Positions 1 to 10,115 are shown, counted from the stretch's first letter. The stretch is 32,000 nucleotides of DNA from Ktedonobacterales bacterium (GCA_030167145.1 CP126532.1:750001-782000); one strand, 5' to 3'. A program made the numbers and translations. The notes: a model not told the origin generated them from the letters alone.

Positions 1-662
1 GCGATACGCTTAAGGTCATGCCCGCCGGACAGGAAATGACCGTGGTGGGCTTCACCGAAGGCCAGACCTACAGCCACCTGCCTGTAATCTACATGGATAT
101 TCCTCTGTGGCAGTCGCTACGCTTCGCTGCCCCTGGTTCAGCGGGCGCCATCACCGACCCCATCAGCGCGGTGGCCGTCAAGATGGATAGCGCGGCAGCG
201 GCTCGCGTCGCGGCGGATGTCCCTGGCGTCGAAGTCGCCACCAAGGACAGCACCTTGCAGAATCTCCCCGGCTATAAAGAAGAGACCGGCTCGGTCAACA
301 TGATTCAGGCCTTCCTCTTCATCATCGCCGCGTTCATTATGGCTGCATTCTTCTACGTGCTCACGTTGCAGAAAAGCAACCAGTTTGGTGTGCTCAAGGC
401 ACTCGGCGCGAGCACTCGCTTCCTTGCGCGTGACCTCGTGGGACAGGTGCTGCTGATGACCATCGTCGGCGTCATCGTGGGCGCGCTGCTCTCCTACGCA
501 GTTGCCGCGATCATTCCCGCAGCCGTTCCCTTCGCGCTCAGCACTGGTCTGGTTGTGGTCTACGGCGGTGTGCTGCTGCTGGTCGCGCTGGCGGGAACCC
601 TGCTCTCGCTATTCCAGATCGCCAGGGTTGATGCGCTCGTTGCTATCGGAAGGGTGGACTAA
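1..662 (+). CDS. ABC transporter permease, FtsX/MacB-type, C-terminal part (5' end upstream of window)
   Basis: The frame of ORF 18..662 stays open back to nt 3, so the gene probably starts upstream. A soluble segment is followed by three hydrophobic helices (FLFIIAAFIMAAFFYVL, LLMTIVGVIVGALLSYAV, VVVYGGVLLLVALAGTLL), as in FtsX-fold permeases. The stop lies 2 nt before the ATPase gene. Confidence 0.7.
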   Translation, partial: DTLKVMPAGQEMTVVGFTEGQTYSHLPVIYMDIPLWQSLRFAAPGSAGAITDPISAVAVKMDSAAAARVAADVPGVEVATKDSTLQNLPGYKEETGSVNMIQAFLFIIAAFIMAAFFYVLTLQKSNQFGVLKALGASTRFLARDLVGQVLLMTIVGVIVGALLSYAVAAIIPAAVPFALSTGLVVVYGGVLLLVALAGTLLSLFQIARVDALVAIGRVD

Positions 663-664
663 CC

Positions 665-1357
665 ATGGATAAACTGCTACTCGAAAATGTCTCGAAGGTC
701 TACGGTAGTGGCGAAAATGCCGTCACCGCGCTCGATGCCGTCTCGCTCACTGTACGCGAAGGCGAATTCGTCGCCGTCGTCGGCCCATCCGGCTCAGGCA
801 AGACCACGCTGCTCGCCCTGACCGGCGCGTTGCTGCTGCCCACCAGCGGCACGATCACGCTGAACGGCGAAGATACCAAGCGGCTGGCCCCATCGGCGCT
901 GGCAAAGTTCCGGCTGGAGCATATCGGCTTTGTGTTGCAGTCCTCGAATCTGGTGCCATACCTCACCGCCCGTGACCAGCTCTTGCTGGTGGCTGAATTG
1001 GCGGGCAAACGCGACAAAGCCGCGCACGCCCGCGCCACCCACCTGCTCGATGCGTTGGGACTCAGCAAGCGTCATCATCACTACCCCGAGGCCCTCTCCG
1101 GTGGTGAGCGCCAGCGCGTCGCCATCGCCCGCGCGCTGATGAATGACCCCGATGTGCTGCTCGCCGACGAGCCAACCGCCAACCTCGATTCCGTGCGCGG
1201 ACGCGAGGCGGTGCAGATGCTGGCGGCGCAGGTGCGCACATCCCACAAAGCCGCCATCATGGTCACCCACGATGAGCGTATGCTGGACCTCTGCGACCGC
1301 GTCGTCCGCATCGCCGATGGCCGCCTCAGCGATGCTCCCATGACCGCGCGCCACTAA
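665..1357 (+). CDS. ABC transporter ATP-binding protein (MacB/LolD-like)
   Basis: Walker A GPSGSGKTT, ABC signature LSGGERQRVAIARAL, Walker B VLLADEPT and H-loop MVTHD, in a 230-aa protein tightly coupled to the upstream permease. Confidence 0.9.
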   Translation: MDKLLLENVSKVYGSGENAVTALDAVSLTVREGEFVAVVGPSGSGKTTLLALTGALLLPTSGTITLNGEDTKRLAPSALAKFRLEHIGFVLQSSNLVPYLTARDQLLLVAELAGKRDKAAHARATHLLDALGLSKRHHHYPEALSGGERQRVAIARALMNDPDVLLADEPTANLDSVRGREAVQMLAAQVRTSHKAAIMVTHDERMLDLCDRVVRIADGRLSDAPMTARH

Positions 1358-1470
1358 GCTCGTGTATAAACCCGCAAATCTAGCCCAAGGTATCGGCACA
1401 GGTACACGGGCGGGAGTGTGGCATCCTGAGTAGCCCACTCTTGGCATCCTATTCCTGACGAATCCTCGCG

Positions 1471-4176
1471 ATGAACGCGGATGGTACACTATTGAGCATG
1501 ATTACACGTGACGAATTGCGCGCCGCAACACACGCGGAAGCGCCTGTTCTTGGCATGCGCGATACCTTTGATGGTTTCGCGCACGATTCACGCGCGGTGC
1601 TGCCGGGCGAATGCTTTGTCGCTGTGCGTGGCATGCACGGCGATGGACACGACTATGCGCAAGACGCTATCGAACGCGGCGCGGCAGCGCTGCTCGTCGA
1701 ACGCGGATGGCTTGAACACAGTGAGGCATCTGGCGTCAGTATTCTGGAGCATGCTCGTCGTGCGGATGTCACCGTGTTTGCCGTTGAGGATACGAGGGCA
1801 GCGCTCATCCGCTACGCCGCGGACGTGCTGGCGCGGTGGCAGCCAAAAGTGATTGCCGTCACCGGCAGCGTGGGCAAGACCACCACCAAGGAAGCCATCG
1901 CCGACGTGCTTGCGGTGCAAGCGCCAACGTTTCGATCCTGGCAGAACTACAACGATCTGCTCGGCATCCCGCTCTCATTGGGGCGGCTCGAATCCACGCA
2001 CCGCTACGCGGTCATCGAGCTTGGCGCCGACCATCCCGGTGAAATCGCCGCGCTCTGCGACCTTGTGCGGCCCCAGATTGGCGTCATCACCACTATCAGC
2101 CCGGTCCATCTGCAATACTTCGCCAGCGTAGATGCGCTCGGCGAAGAGTTCGCGCACCTCATCACCTCACTGCCAGAACAGGGAACCGCCGTCTTGAACG
2201 CCGGCGACGCGGGATGTCGCAAGATTGCCAGAGGCGCTCACGATGCACTACAAATCCGCTACTTTTCCGCCAAGGGGATTGCGACAGCGTATCAGCCCAC
2301 GCCGCACACGCATAGCAATTACAGACTAGCACTGGCGAATGCGGACGGTAGGCCGTCTCTCGCCTTGCGTGCGGTGCATCCGGTGAATCGTGATGGGCCG
2401 GAGGCTGAGCCGATCATCTTCCCGTATCTGCATGGCGAGCATTGGGCCGCTACAGTCCTTGCCGCTCTGGCGGTTGGCGCGGTGTTTGGCATCTCTGAAG
2501 CCGACGCAATCAATGCGCTTCGCGATTTCTGCCCGCTGCCAGGGCGGCTCAATTGGCTGGAAGGCGCAGACAACCTGGCGTTGCTGGACGATTCGCACAA
2601 CGCCGCGCCCGCCAGTGTCGCCGCTGGTCTCGCCGCGCTGAACTCCATAGGGCGCATGCGCTCAGCAGTCCGCATTGCGGTGCTTGGCGATATGCTCCGG
2701 CTGGGTGACGCCGAGCAGGAAGCGCATGGAGAGGTGGGGCGGCTTGCCGCCCAGGACGCGGATTACCTCGTCACACGCGGCACACGCGCCGCACGTATCG
2801 CCGAGGCTGCCATAGCGGCGGGCATGCCTGCCGAGCATGTTGCCGTCACCCATACCGCCGATGACGCCGCACGCGCCGTTCGCGGGTTCGCCGTCGAAGC
2901 CGCTGATGCGGGCGAATCTCCCTCACTGGCCTACATCAAAGGCTCCGAAGAGATGCGCATGGAGCAGGTGACAGAATTGCTTCTCGCACATCCCGAACAG
3001 GCTGAGCATGTATTGAACCGGCAAACCCAGGCGTGGCAGCGTGTGGTGGTGATGCGTCCCGACCGACCCACCTGGCTGGAAGTAGACTTGAACGCCATTG
3101 GCGGCAACACCCGACTCGCCAAAGAAATGGTCGGCCCGGATGTAGAGGTGCTCGTGAGCCTCAAAGCCGACGCATATGGGCATGGCGCACTGCGTGTGGC
3201 ACGAACCGTGCTGCATAACGGGGCATCGTGGCTGGGTGTCGCGACGGTCAGCGAGGCGGCGCCACTGCGCGAAGCTGGTATCACCGCGCCAATCCTGGTC
3301 TTCGGCTACATTGCGCCCTGGCAGGCACGCGAGGCGGTGCGATTAGACCTGCGCGCGACGGTCTACTCACTCGATGCGGCGCGGGCGCTCTCGCAGGCGG
3401 CCCAAGACCTGGGACGTGGGATGCGTGTCCATGTCAAAGTGGATTCCGGCATGGCGCGGCTGGGACTGCGCGCGGAGGATGTCTCCGGCATCGTCGCATT
3501 CTGTGACGAGCTTCGCATGCTGCCGGGGCTGGTGGTCGAGGGGCTATTTACGCATTTGGCCACTGCCGATAGCAGCGATAAGACCTACGCCCACCGTCAG
3601 CTCGACCGCTTTGCTCGTGTGCTGACCGCACTGGATGAGCGCGGGCTGCGGCCGCCACTCGTCCATGCGGCCAATAGCGCCGCGACTCTGGCGCTGCCAG
3701 AAGCGCGCTTTGGCATGGTGCGCCCTGGGGTGGCGATTTATGGGCTTCCACCGTCGGATGAGGTGCGGTTGCCGGAAGGTTTTCGTCCGGCGCTCGCCTT
3801 CAAGACACAGGTGGCCCAGGTCAAGTGGATTCCGGCTGGCGAGGGCATCAGCTATGGCGCCACATACGTCACCGAGCGACCCACATGTATCGCGGTGCTG
3901 CCGGTCGGCTATGCCGATGGCTTCCGGCGTGCGCCAGCCAATTGGGGCGAGGTGCTCATCCGTGGGCAACGCGCGCCATTGCTTGGCCGCGTGTGTATGG
4001 ATCAGTGTATGGTAGATGTGACACACATTCCAGGCGTCCGTCAGGGCGACGAAGTCGTGTTGATTGGCCGCCAGGGAGACGACGAAATCAGCGCGGAGGC
4101 CGTCGCCCAGCGGCTTGACACCATCGCTTATGAAGTGGTGAGCGCGCTGCTGGCCCGTGTGCCGCGCGTGAGTTAA
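1471..4176 (+). CDS. murF: Bifunctional UDP-MurNAc-tripeptide--D-alanyl-D-alanine ligase (MurF) / alanine racemase (Alr) fusion
   Basis: The N-terminal ~506 aa are Mur-ligase-like: P-loop TGSVGKTTTKE (nt 1864-1884), DDSHNAAP, and a typical MurF C-terminus IKGSEEMRMEQV. The C-terminal ~370 aa (from ~nt 3061) are Alr-like: PLP-lysine motif VSLKADAYGHGA (Lys codon 3163-3165), VRPGVAIYGL and GISYGATY. It is one uninterrupted 901-codon frame. Confidence 0.85.
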   Translation: MNADGTLLSMITRDELRAATHAEAPVLGMRDTFDGFAHDSRAVLPGECFVAVRGMHGDGHDYAQDAIERGAAALLVERGWLEHSEASGVSILEHARRADVTVFAVEDTRAALIRYAADVLARWQPKVIAVTGSVGKTTTKEAIADVLAVQAPTFRSWQNYNDLLGIPLSLGRLESTHRYAVIELGADHPGEIAALCDLVRPQIGVITTISPVHLQYFASVDALGEEFAHLITSLPEQGTAVLNAGDAGCRKIARGAHDALQIRYFSAKGIATAYQPTPHTHSNYRLALANADGRPSLALRAVHPVNRDGPEAEPIIFPYLHGEHWAATVLAALAVGAVFGISEADAINALRDFCPLPGRLNWLEGADNLALLDDSHNAAPASVAAGLAALNSIGRMRSAVRIAVLGDMLRLGDAEQEAHGEVGRLAAQDADYLVTRGTRAARIAEAAIAAGMPAEHVAVTHTADDAARAVRGFAVEAADAGESPSLAYIKGSEEMRMEQVTELLLAHPEQAEHVLNRQTQAWQRVVVMRPDRPTWLEVDLNAIGGNTRLAKEMVGPDVEVLVSLKADAYGHGALRVARTVLHNGASWLGVATVSEAAPLREAGITAPILVFGYIAPWQAREAVRLDLRATVYSLDAARALSQAAQDLGRGMRVHVKVDSGMARLGLRAEDVSGIVAFCDELRMLPGLVVEGLFTHLATADSSDKTYAHRQLDRFARVLTALDERGLRPPLVHAANSAATLALPEARFGMVRPGVAIYGLPPSDEVRLPEGFRPALAFKTQVAQVKWIPAGEGISYGATYVTERPTCIAVLPVGYADGFRRAPANWGEVLIRGQRAPLLGRVCMDQCMVDVTHIPGVRQGDEVVLIGRQGDDEISAEAVAQRLDTIAYEVVSALLARVPRVS

Positions 4177-4326
4177 CGCGCGGATGTGACGGCGCGGGCA
4201 TAGTGTGACGTACTACAGTGTAATAGGCTGTTGTGATATTGCCTGAATCATAGACGTGTACTATGAAAGTGTAGCACGAAGCGGCTGGACGAGAGCGGAT
4301 GAGAGCGGCGCGAACTGAGGCGAGCT

Positions 4327-5574
4327 ATGGATGAACAGTCGCAAGAGCCTTCACGGGAACTCCCCGCGTGGCTGGGGCGCTGGCGTGCGATATTGAGCGA
4401 GGCGCGTACCCGGCGGCTCGCGCGCACAGGCGTGCTTGCGCTTCGTCTGTTGGAGTGGCAGAAGCGCAGCGAGCGCCTGCTCATGACGATGCGCACAACC
4501 ATAAGGCGCACGCGCACATCCTTTAAACTCGCCTACTACGTTCTCCCGCCAGCGCTGCTCAAGGTACGCCCACGCCAAGATCAGCGCTCCAGGCTCCAGA
4601 CCGCGCCTCGCGTCCGTATCATTGCGAACCCCATCTCAGGCACGATGCGCGGCAACATCGGTATCGCTGAACTGCAAGATACGGTTGACTGGCTGGAAGA
4701 TCACGGCATTCCCGCGGAATTGAAACTCACCGAGCGCCCCGGCCATGCGACCCTATTGGCGCGCGAAGCGGTGCGTGCTGGACTGGAAGTTGTCGTTGCG
4801 GCGGGCGGCGATGGCACGGTGAACGATGTGATTCAGGCGCTTGCGGGCACCTCAACGGCGCTTGGCGTCTTGCCGATGGGCACAGTCAATGTCTGGGCGC
4901 GCGAAGTCGGCATTCCCAGGAATCTTGACCATGCACGCGAGGCGCTGGCGCATGGTGTTCGCCGCCAGATAGATCTGGGGCGCGCAGGAAGCCGCTATTT
5001 TCTGCTGATGGCGGGCATTGGCTTCGACGCTGAAGTTGCGCGGCGCGTGGATCGCGGGCCGCTGAAGCGGCTGGGGCTAAAGATGCTCGATTATCTCGCT
5101 ACCGCTGGCATGCTGAGTGTGACACAGCGCCCCACCCGTGTCTGGATGCGCTATGGAGGCAAACGACGCAGTGTCAATGCGTTGATGATTATCATTGGCA
5201 ACACGCGCCTGTATGGCGGCGCGCTGACCTTCGCCAAGAACGCCATTGCGGATGACGGGCTGCTCGACTTGGTCGTCGTGGAGAGTACGAGCGTTCTCCA
5301 GCGGCTCGGTGTGCTGCTCTGGGCGGTGCTGCGGCGGGTGAAATTCACACCGAAGATTCGTTATGCGCAGGCGCGCATGGTCCGTCTCGAAGCGAATTGG
5401 CCGGTGCCCGTGCAGGTGGATGGTGAAGTCATTGGCACCCTGCCAATGAGTTTCAGCGTGGCGCCGCGCGCCCTTACCGTAATCCTCCCAACGAATGGCC
5501 ACGATGCGCTCTTCCGGCGCTCTCCTGTCGGCGCCAGACACACGGAACGGCCCGTAACGGAGGGAGAGAACTGA
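4327..5574 (+). CDS. Diacylglycerol kinase catalytic-domain family lipid kinase (YegS/BmrU-like) with N-terminal extension
   Basis: The DAGK_cat signature runs RVRIIANPISG...VVVAAGGDGTVNDV...LGVLPMGTVNVWARE. The ~95-aa basic N-terminal extension makes the start uncertain (ATG 4327, preceded by GAGG, or the internal ATG at 4483). Confidence 0.8.
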   Translation: MDEQSQEPSRELPAWLGRWRAILSEARTRRLARTGVLALRLLEWQKRSERLLMTMRTTIRRTRTSFKLAYYVLPPALLKVRPRQDQRSRLQTAPRVRIIANPISGTMRGNIGIAELQDTVDWLEDHGIPAELKLTERPGHATLLAREAVRAGLEVVVAAGGDGTVNDVIQALAGTSTALGVLPMGTVNVWAREVGIPRNLDHAREALAHGVRRQIDLGRAGSRYFLLMAGIGFDAEVARRVDRGPLKRLGLKMLDYLATAGMLSVTQRPTRVWMRYGGKRRSVNALMIIIGNTRLYGGALTFAKNAIADDGLLDLVVVESTSVLQRLGVLLWAVLRRVKFTPKIRYAQARMVRLEANWPVPVQVDGEVIGTLPMSFSVAPRALTVILPTNGHDALFRRSPVGARHTERPVTEGEN

Positions 5575-5717
5575 TCCCCCGGACGGCGCAATACTGGCGG
5601 TGGAACGGCGGGGAGAGTATACTCAATGAGAACGTGGCCGGGCGCGCATCCAATTGCATGACATGATTGATCGCAGTAATTCATACCGTGCCGCGAATAG
5701 CAGCAGGAGCAGCACGA

Positions 5718-6473
5718 ATGGCGCAAACACAGGAACGCCAGCAAAAGAACACAGCGCCCGCCAGTTCGCCGGCGGCGACAGGCGCAACTGAAACGGCCAA
5801 GAGCACCCCACGGCTCGGCTTTCTCAACTTTCTACGCGGCAACCCATCGGCAACGAGCGCAAACGGCCAGCGTCCGGCTAAAGCATCGAGTGGAATGGGA
5901 CGGTTTCTTTTCGGATTTTTGATTTTGATGTTGCTTGCCCAGGTCATGCAGATTGGCATTAGCCTCCTCAACGTCAATATGCACCTGAATCTGGAGCGGC
6001 CTTTTGGCGATAGTTCCACACCTATCATTGGCGGTCTGCATCTATCTTATCTTGCTGTGCTCTATATCGTGCTGCTCTTCGGCCTGTACATCTTGCTGCT
6101 GCGGCTCAAGATTATTCCGAGTGACCCCCTAGGCAGCAAAGCGCGCATGCAAGCGAATGCGCGGGCAGCACGGGAGACTCGCCCATCTGGCACAGCGACC
6201 AGAAGCGCTTCAAGCGCCACCGCTGTAAACCTCCAACCGCGTACTCGCGCCGCCCGTCGTGAGACCACCCGTGCCGCCGAAGCCGCCGCTGCCGCAAAGG
6301 CCGCTGCCGCCACCAGCAAGAAGAAAGTCTGGGGTAAGTCTTCCGCAAAAGCGTCATCCGCTCCACCACCTGTTTCCACAAAGATGGCGCAACCCGCTGG
6401 CAGCCATGACGACGAGTATGATCGCGTGCGGGCCGAGCAGCGCCTGCGTCGCCGCCGCGAAGCGAAGCGTTAG
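5718..6473 (+). CDS. Hypothetical membrane protein with low-complexity Ala/Lys/Arg-rich C-terminal tail
   Basis: I took the ATG at 5718 (MAQTQERQQ) within ORF 5667..6473. There are two clear hydrophobic helices (FLFGFLILMLLAQVMQIGISLL, LSYLAVLYIVLLFGLYILLL) followed by a basic, Ala-rich, probably disordered tail. I recognise no family. Confidence 0.5.
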   Translation: MAQTQERQQKNTAPASSPAATGATETAKSTPRLGFLNFLRGNPSATSANGQRPAKASSGMGRFLFGFLILMLLAQVMQIGISLLNVNMHLNLERPFGDSSTPIIGGLHLSYLAVLYIVLLFGLYILLLRLKIIPSDPLGSKARMQANARAARETRPSGTATRSASSATAVNLQPRTRAARRETTRAAEAAAAAKAAAATSKKKVWGKSSAKASSAPPPVSTKMAQPAGSHDDEYDRVRAEQRLRRRREAKR

Positions 6474-6519
6474 CGAACAGATCACCGTAACAGATCACCG
6501 CAATGAAGGGAATAGCCCC

Positions 6520-7197
6520 ATGCTGGAGGATATACACATCGGCGTTCCCGTGGATGGTGGAGATGGCCATCGTCTGGGCACACTGAAGCGTATCGTAGTC
6601 GCAACCGGCGATACCCGCGTGACGCACGTCGTCGTGGATCCGGGCCTCATCGAATCCGGCAATGCGCTTGCGCCCGGCGGATGGGAAAAGCCGCGCGAGC
6701 GCCTCGTTCCCGTATCGCTGATAACCAGCGCCAACGACCAGCATGCGCAGCTTTCCTGCGACGAGGCAGCCTTTCTCGCACTGTCACTCTTTGAGCATGA
6801 GCACTTTGTTGAGACCGAGATCACCCCTTCCAGCCCACATCGGCGCTTCCGCTTCGGCGATCTGATCAATTACATTGCCTCCGTCGCTGGCGGCGCGCCG
6901 GTCCAAGCTCCCGAATCAGTCTCGTACAGTGAAAAGCCGGGCGCTGCTGAAATCGGCGAAGGCACGGCTGTCTGGCGGAAAGAGCCACATGACGAGATTG
7001 GCGAGGTAGAGCGCGTGCTCTTTGATTCGGACACACAGCGCGTATCGGCGCTGGTGATGCGCCGCAAAGGAGTATTTGGGCGCTCACTGGTATTGCCCAT
7101 CAGCGAGGTCGCGGACATCCAAGACGGCGTCGTGCATATCACGCTGGATGACGCCGCGCTTGATGCGCTGCAACCCTATGAGAAGGCGAGCGAGTAG
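6520..7197 (+). CDS. PRC-barrel domain protein (two PRC-like repeats)
   Basis: Start taken at MLEDIHIG (ATG 6520) inside ORF 6259..7197, because the upstream part overlaps the previous gene. There are two segments of PRC-barrel pattern: VPVDGGDGHRLGTLKRIVV...VTHVVVD and VWRKEPHDEIGEVERVLFDSDTQRVSALVMRRKG...LVLPISEV. Confidence 0.6.
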   Translation: MLEDIHIGVPVDGGDGHRLGTLKRIVVATGDTRVTHVVVDPGLIESGNALAPGGWEKPRERLVPVSLITSANDQHAQLSCDEAAFLALSLFEHEHFVETEITPSSPHRRFRFGDLINYIASVAGGAPVQAPESVSYSEKPGAAEIGEGTAVWRKEPHDEIGEVERVLFDSDTQRVSALVMRRKGVFGRSLVLPISEVADIQDGVVHITLDDAALDALQPYEKASE

Positions 7198-7253
7198 TAA
7201 TCAAGTCGAATACCGGGCTGAGTTCAGCATAGGGAATGTGGTTCGCGGGTAGG

Positions 7254-7709
7254 TTAGAGTCCTGTCCGGGCCTGGTCGGCACGCGCCTGAGCTGCGTCCT
7301 CCTGCTCCTCGTCGTCGTCCAGATTGTCATCGAGATGTCCGGTGTAGGGGCCGTCAATGCCCTGGTGCAGAACACGCAATGAGAGCAGCGCGCAACGCTG
7401 CCGCGCGGGGCCGATCTCTACGCCAAGCATCTCCAGTACATCGCTCGGCCTCAGCGCGCGTAGCTCATCGAGAGTCGCGCCTTCGATCTTCTCGGTGAGC
7501 ATCGAGGCCGACGCCTGGCTGATAGCGCAGCCGCGCCCGTTGAAACGCACGTCAGTGACGCGACCATCGGTGACGTTCAGGTCAATCGCGATGCGGTCAC
7601 CGCAGAGCGGGTTCGTATCGGCAGCGTGAACATCGGGATGCTCAAGCGTGCCGTGATTATGTGGCTCACGGTAGTGGTCGAGGATATATTGGCGGTAGAT
7701 GTCGTCCAT
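7254..7709 (-). CDS. sufU: SUF-type Fe-S cluster assembly scaffold SufU (NifU/IscU-like) with acidic C-terminal extension
   Basis: MDDIYRQYILDHYREPHNHG...NPLCGDRIAIDL...GRGCAISQASASMLTEKIEG...RQRCALLSL carries the three SufU cysteines in their usual motifs. GGAGG lies 8 nt upstream of the ATG. The last ~35 aa are Asp/Glu-rich. Confidence 0.85.
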   Translation of the reverse strand: MDDIYRQYILDHYREPHNHGTLEHPDVHAADTNPLCGDRIAIDLNVTDGRVTDVRFNGRGCAISQASASMLTEKIEGATLDELRALRPSDVLEMLGVEIGPARQRCALLSLRVLHQGIDGPYTGHLDDNLDDDEEQEDAAQARADQARTGL

Positions 7710-7842
7710 CAGATGGCCTCCAAGGGTTGAGATGCGTGATGTGGACGGGGTCGGCGCACTTCAGTTGATGCGTCCCCGGCATAGGTCCTTTCAGTATACT
7801 ACCGCCGAATGGGTTTCTGTGTGCGAGCCTCGGGTGCTTTCG

Positions 7843-9195
7843 TCAGTAGAGCCAGGGCAGCGCCAGCACCAGAAGCAAACCCCAGACCGCATAGAGCGCC
7901 GTGCCGAAGCGGAAAGTAGACTGGAGCGCATCTACCCAGGCCGTTTTGTTGGCGCGCAGTTGCCGGAAGAGCAGCAGCGCAAGTATGGCGATGTTGATGA
8001 TGTTCCAGCCAAGCACCACGAGCCGGTTCATGGTGAGGTGGTCTTGCGTGGTGCGGTAGATGATGGCGGCGAGCGCATAGAGGCCCACCAGTGTGACCAG
8101 CGCGGCGAGAGCGATGATACCACCGCGCAGCCATGCGACATAGCGAGAGGGCACATCATCACGGCTCACCGGCGTCACGCCAATCAGCAGACCTATGATC
8201 GCGAACAAGAGCACGTTGTAGACAATCAGCACGTTGCGATTGTTGAAGGGCTGGGTGAAGTTAAACGGGATGAAGCAGATGTAGATGACCAGCACGAGCA
8301 GGGTTAAGGGCAACAGCGCGCGCATGAGTATCGTCAAGATACGCCCAAAGCCGCGCCGGAAATCTTGCTCGCTGGCGTTTAGCGTTGGGTCATAGACGCT
8401 CGCTACGGCCAGCACTGGAATCAGGCCAGCGCCACCCGCGATGAGGAGCCGCACGAAAACATCGGGGATCTCGACGCTGATGGCCTGAAAGACACCATAG
8501 GTCAGCCCGACGAAGATGCCGCCCGCGATGACTGCCACACCTGCCGTGCCGATGGTCTCGATGGATTTGTTCAAGAAGGCGAAGCGATTGCGCGCGGATG
8601 ATCCCCACCCTAAGACGGCCAGACCAACCGCGACCGCAGCCAACAGCGGCAAGTGAAGCCCGATCATGGTGAGATATTGCGATTGCGTGGTGGATACGGC
8701 ACGCAGGGCCATGACCAGGGCATAGGCGGTGACACCTATAAGACCGATACCTATCAGCCCCGCGCGATTGTAGCCTTGCCGCGCGGTGAATATCAGAAAT
8801 GCGATCAGGGCGAGTGCGGTGATTGGCGCCCAAATTTCCGCCAGATACGGAACATGCCGCGCCAAGATCAAGCCAGGGTCAGAGAGCAGCCAGAAGATGA
8901 GCGCCAGCGCCACGCTCAGCGGTATGGCCAGCCGCCAATTGGCATGGCGAGCGGATGGCTCTTCGGTGGCAACAGATTGCAGGCGATAGTGCCATGCCGC
9001 GAAGAGCAGATTGTCGGGCGTTTCGCGATAGGCCGTCTCGATGGCGAGGGTATAGGCGTGAGTGGTTTTCGCTTCACGCGCCGAACGGTAGAGATCTTCG
9101 AGCGCGCGGGGATCACTCTGTGCGGCAAGAATTGCGGGCAGTATGTCGCCTCCACTGGCGCTGATAGAGCTATCCGCAGGCTGATTCTGACTCAT
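7843..9195 (-). CDS. Polytopic integral membrane protein of unknown function (~10-12 TM) with ~75-aa soluble N-terminus
   Basis: Long frame with many hydrophobic helices. Start placed at ATG 9195 (MSQNQ), which has GAGGAG 5 nt upstream, rather than GTG 9201. It lies 133 nt upstream of sufU on the same strand. Family not recognised with confidence. Confidence 0.6.
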   Translation of the reverse strand: MSQNQPADSSISASGGDILPAILAAQSDPRALEDLYRSAREAKTTHAYTLAIETAYRETPDNLLFAAWHYRLQSVATEEPSARHANWRLAIPLSVALALIFWLLSDPGLILARHVPYLAEIWAPITALALIAFLIFTARQGYNRAGLIGIGLIGVTAYALVMALRAVSTTQSQYLTMIGLHLPLLAAVAVGLAVLGWGSSARNRFAFLNKSIETIGTAGVAVIAGGIFVGLTYGVFQAISVEIPDVFVRLLIAGGAGLIPVLAVASVYDPTLNASEQDFRRGFGRILTILMRALLPLTLLVLVIYICFIPFNFTQPFNNRNVLIVYNVLLFAIIGLLIGVTPVSRDDVPSRYVAWLRGGIIALAALVTLVGLYALAAIIYRTTQDHLTMNRLVVLGWNIINIAILALLLFRQLRANKTAWVDALQSTFRFGTALYAVWGLLLVLALPWLY

Positions 9196-9566
9196 ACACA
9201 CTCCTCACCTTCACCTGGACCTATTCTGCTCGGCGCACCGCAGTTCGGTGGCACGGAGGTCGCCGCACTAAACAGTGCTTCCAGGATACTGGTGTGGCGC
9301 AAGTCACGGCAATGGAGTGGGGTGCGGGCTAGCTGGTTTGGCGTGCGGAAGCAGGTACACGTGGGTGTGGAGAATATCACACACGAGAATGGATGGCTGA
9401 GGTTTACCGGCTGAGGTGCGTGTGCGACGCCTACAGTATACCCCATGTTCGCCATGAACCGCATCGGCTAATCATCCGATGTTTTGGTCTGCGGAATCGT
9501 CCATAATGCAGCGGCGTGTGTCATGTGGGAGGTGTGGTACGAGGACAGCGCACGGGAGGTCGTTTG

Positions 9567-10115
9567 ATGGACTGTGCCAACTTGAAGATCACGTATTTCG
9601 AGGCGCTGGGGGATGGGTATCTCCTGGCCTTCACCGCTGACCGGAAGACGCTGCGCCAGGCAACACGGGCGATTCTCGCGCTGGACCCATGGCAGCGGCG
9701 CTGGATCGCGGCGGAACATGCGTGGTGGATCAGCGACGATGCGATCAGCCGCCTTGGTCGGCATCTGCCGCCGGTGGGGGTGGCGCTGTATCAGTGGCAT
9801 GCGCGGCCCATCACTTTGGAAGACCTGTTGAACTGGGGCGAATATGGCACGAGCAGGCCGCGCATGAGACGAAACGCCTATGTGCCGCCGGATGTTGCCG
9901 CCGCGTACACGGCGCTCGGTTTACCGCCCGGCGCGCCAGCGGAAGCGGTGACGGCGGCGCGCCGGACGCTAGCCCGCCAGCATCACCCCGACGCGGGGGG
10001 CGTACACGAGGCGATGGCGGCGATCAACCACGCGGCGGATACGGTTATGGAGTGGTTGGAGAGGCAGCAGCGGCTTTCCGTGGCAACCTCAGCAGAGAGA
10101 TCCACTGCTCATTAG
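9567..10115 (+). CDS. J-domain (DnaJ-like) protein, J-domain at the C-terminus
   Basis: The C-terminal segment AYTALGLPPGAPAEAVTAARRTLARQHHPDAGGVHEAMAAINHAADTV has the J-domain helix II-HPD-helix III pattern. Start taken at ATG 9567, with GGGAGG 7 nt upstream. The N-terminal ~120 aa match no family I recognise. Confidence 0.55.
   Translation: MDCANLKITYFEALGDGYLLAFTADRKTLRQATRAILALDPWQRRWIAAEHAWWISDDAISRLGRHLPPVGVALYQWHARPITLEDLLNWGEYGTSRPRMRRNAYVPPDVAAAYTALGLPPGAPAEAVTAARRTLARQHHPDAGGVHEAMAAINHAADTVMEWLERQQRLSVATSAERSTAH

Noticed and set aside
4162-4183. Hairpin CCGCGCG-N8-CGCGCGG overlapping the murF-alr stop codon, considered as a terminator. Similar GC hairpins lie at 20138-20159 and 20198-20213.
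   Set aside because: No T-tract follows. Short GC palindromes are common at this GC content, so there is not enough evidence for an intrinsic terminator call.
6259-6519. N-terminal extension of the PRC-barrel ORF (6259..7197), and the extended starts at 5667, 9516, 12702, 14273 and 27907.
   Set aside because: The extensions overlap the preceding gene or lack an SD. Internal ATGs with good SD sequences coincide with the start of the recognisable domains.
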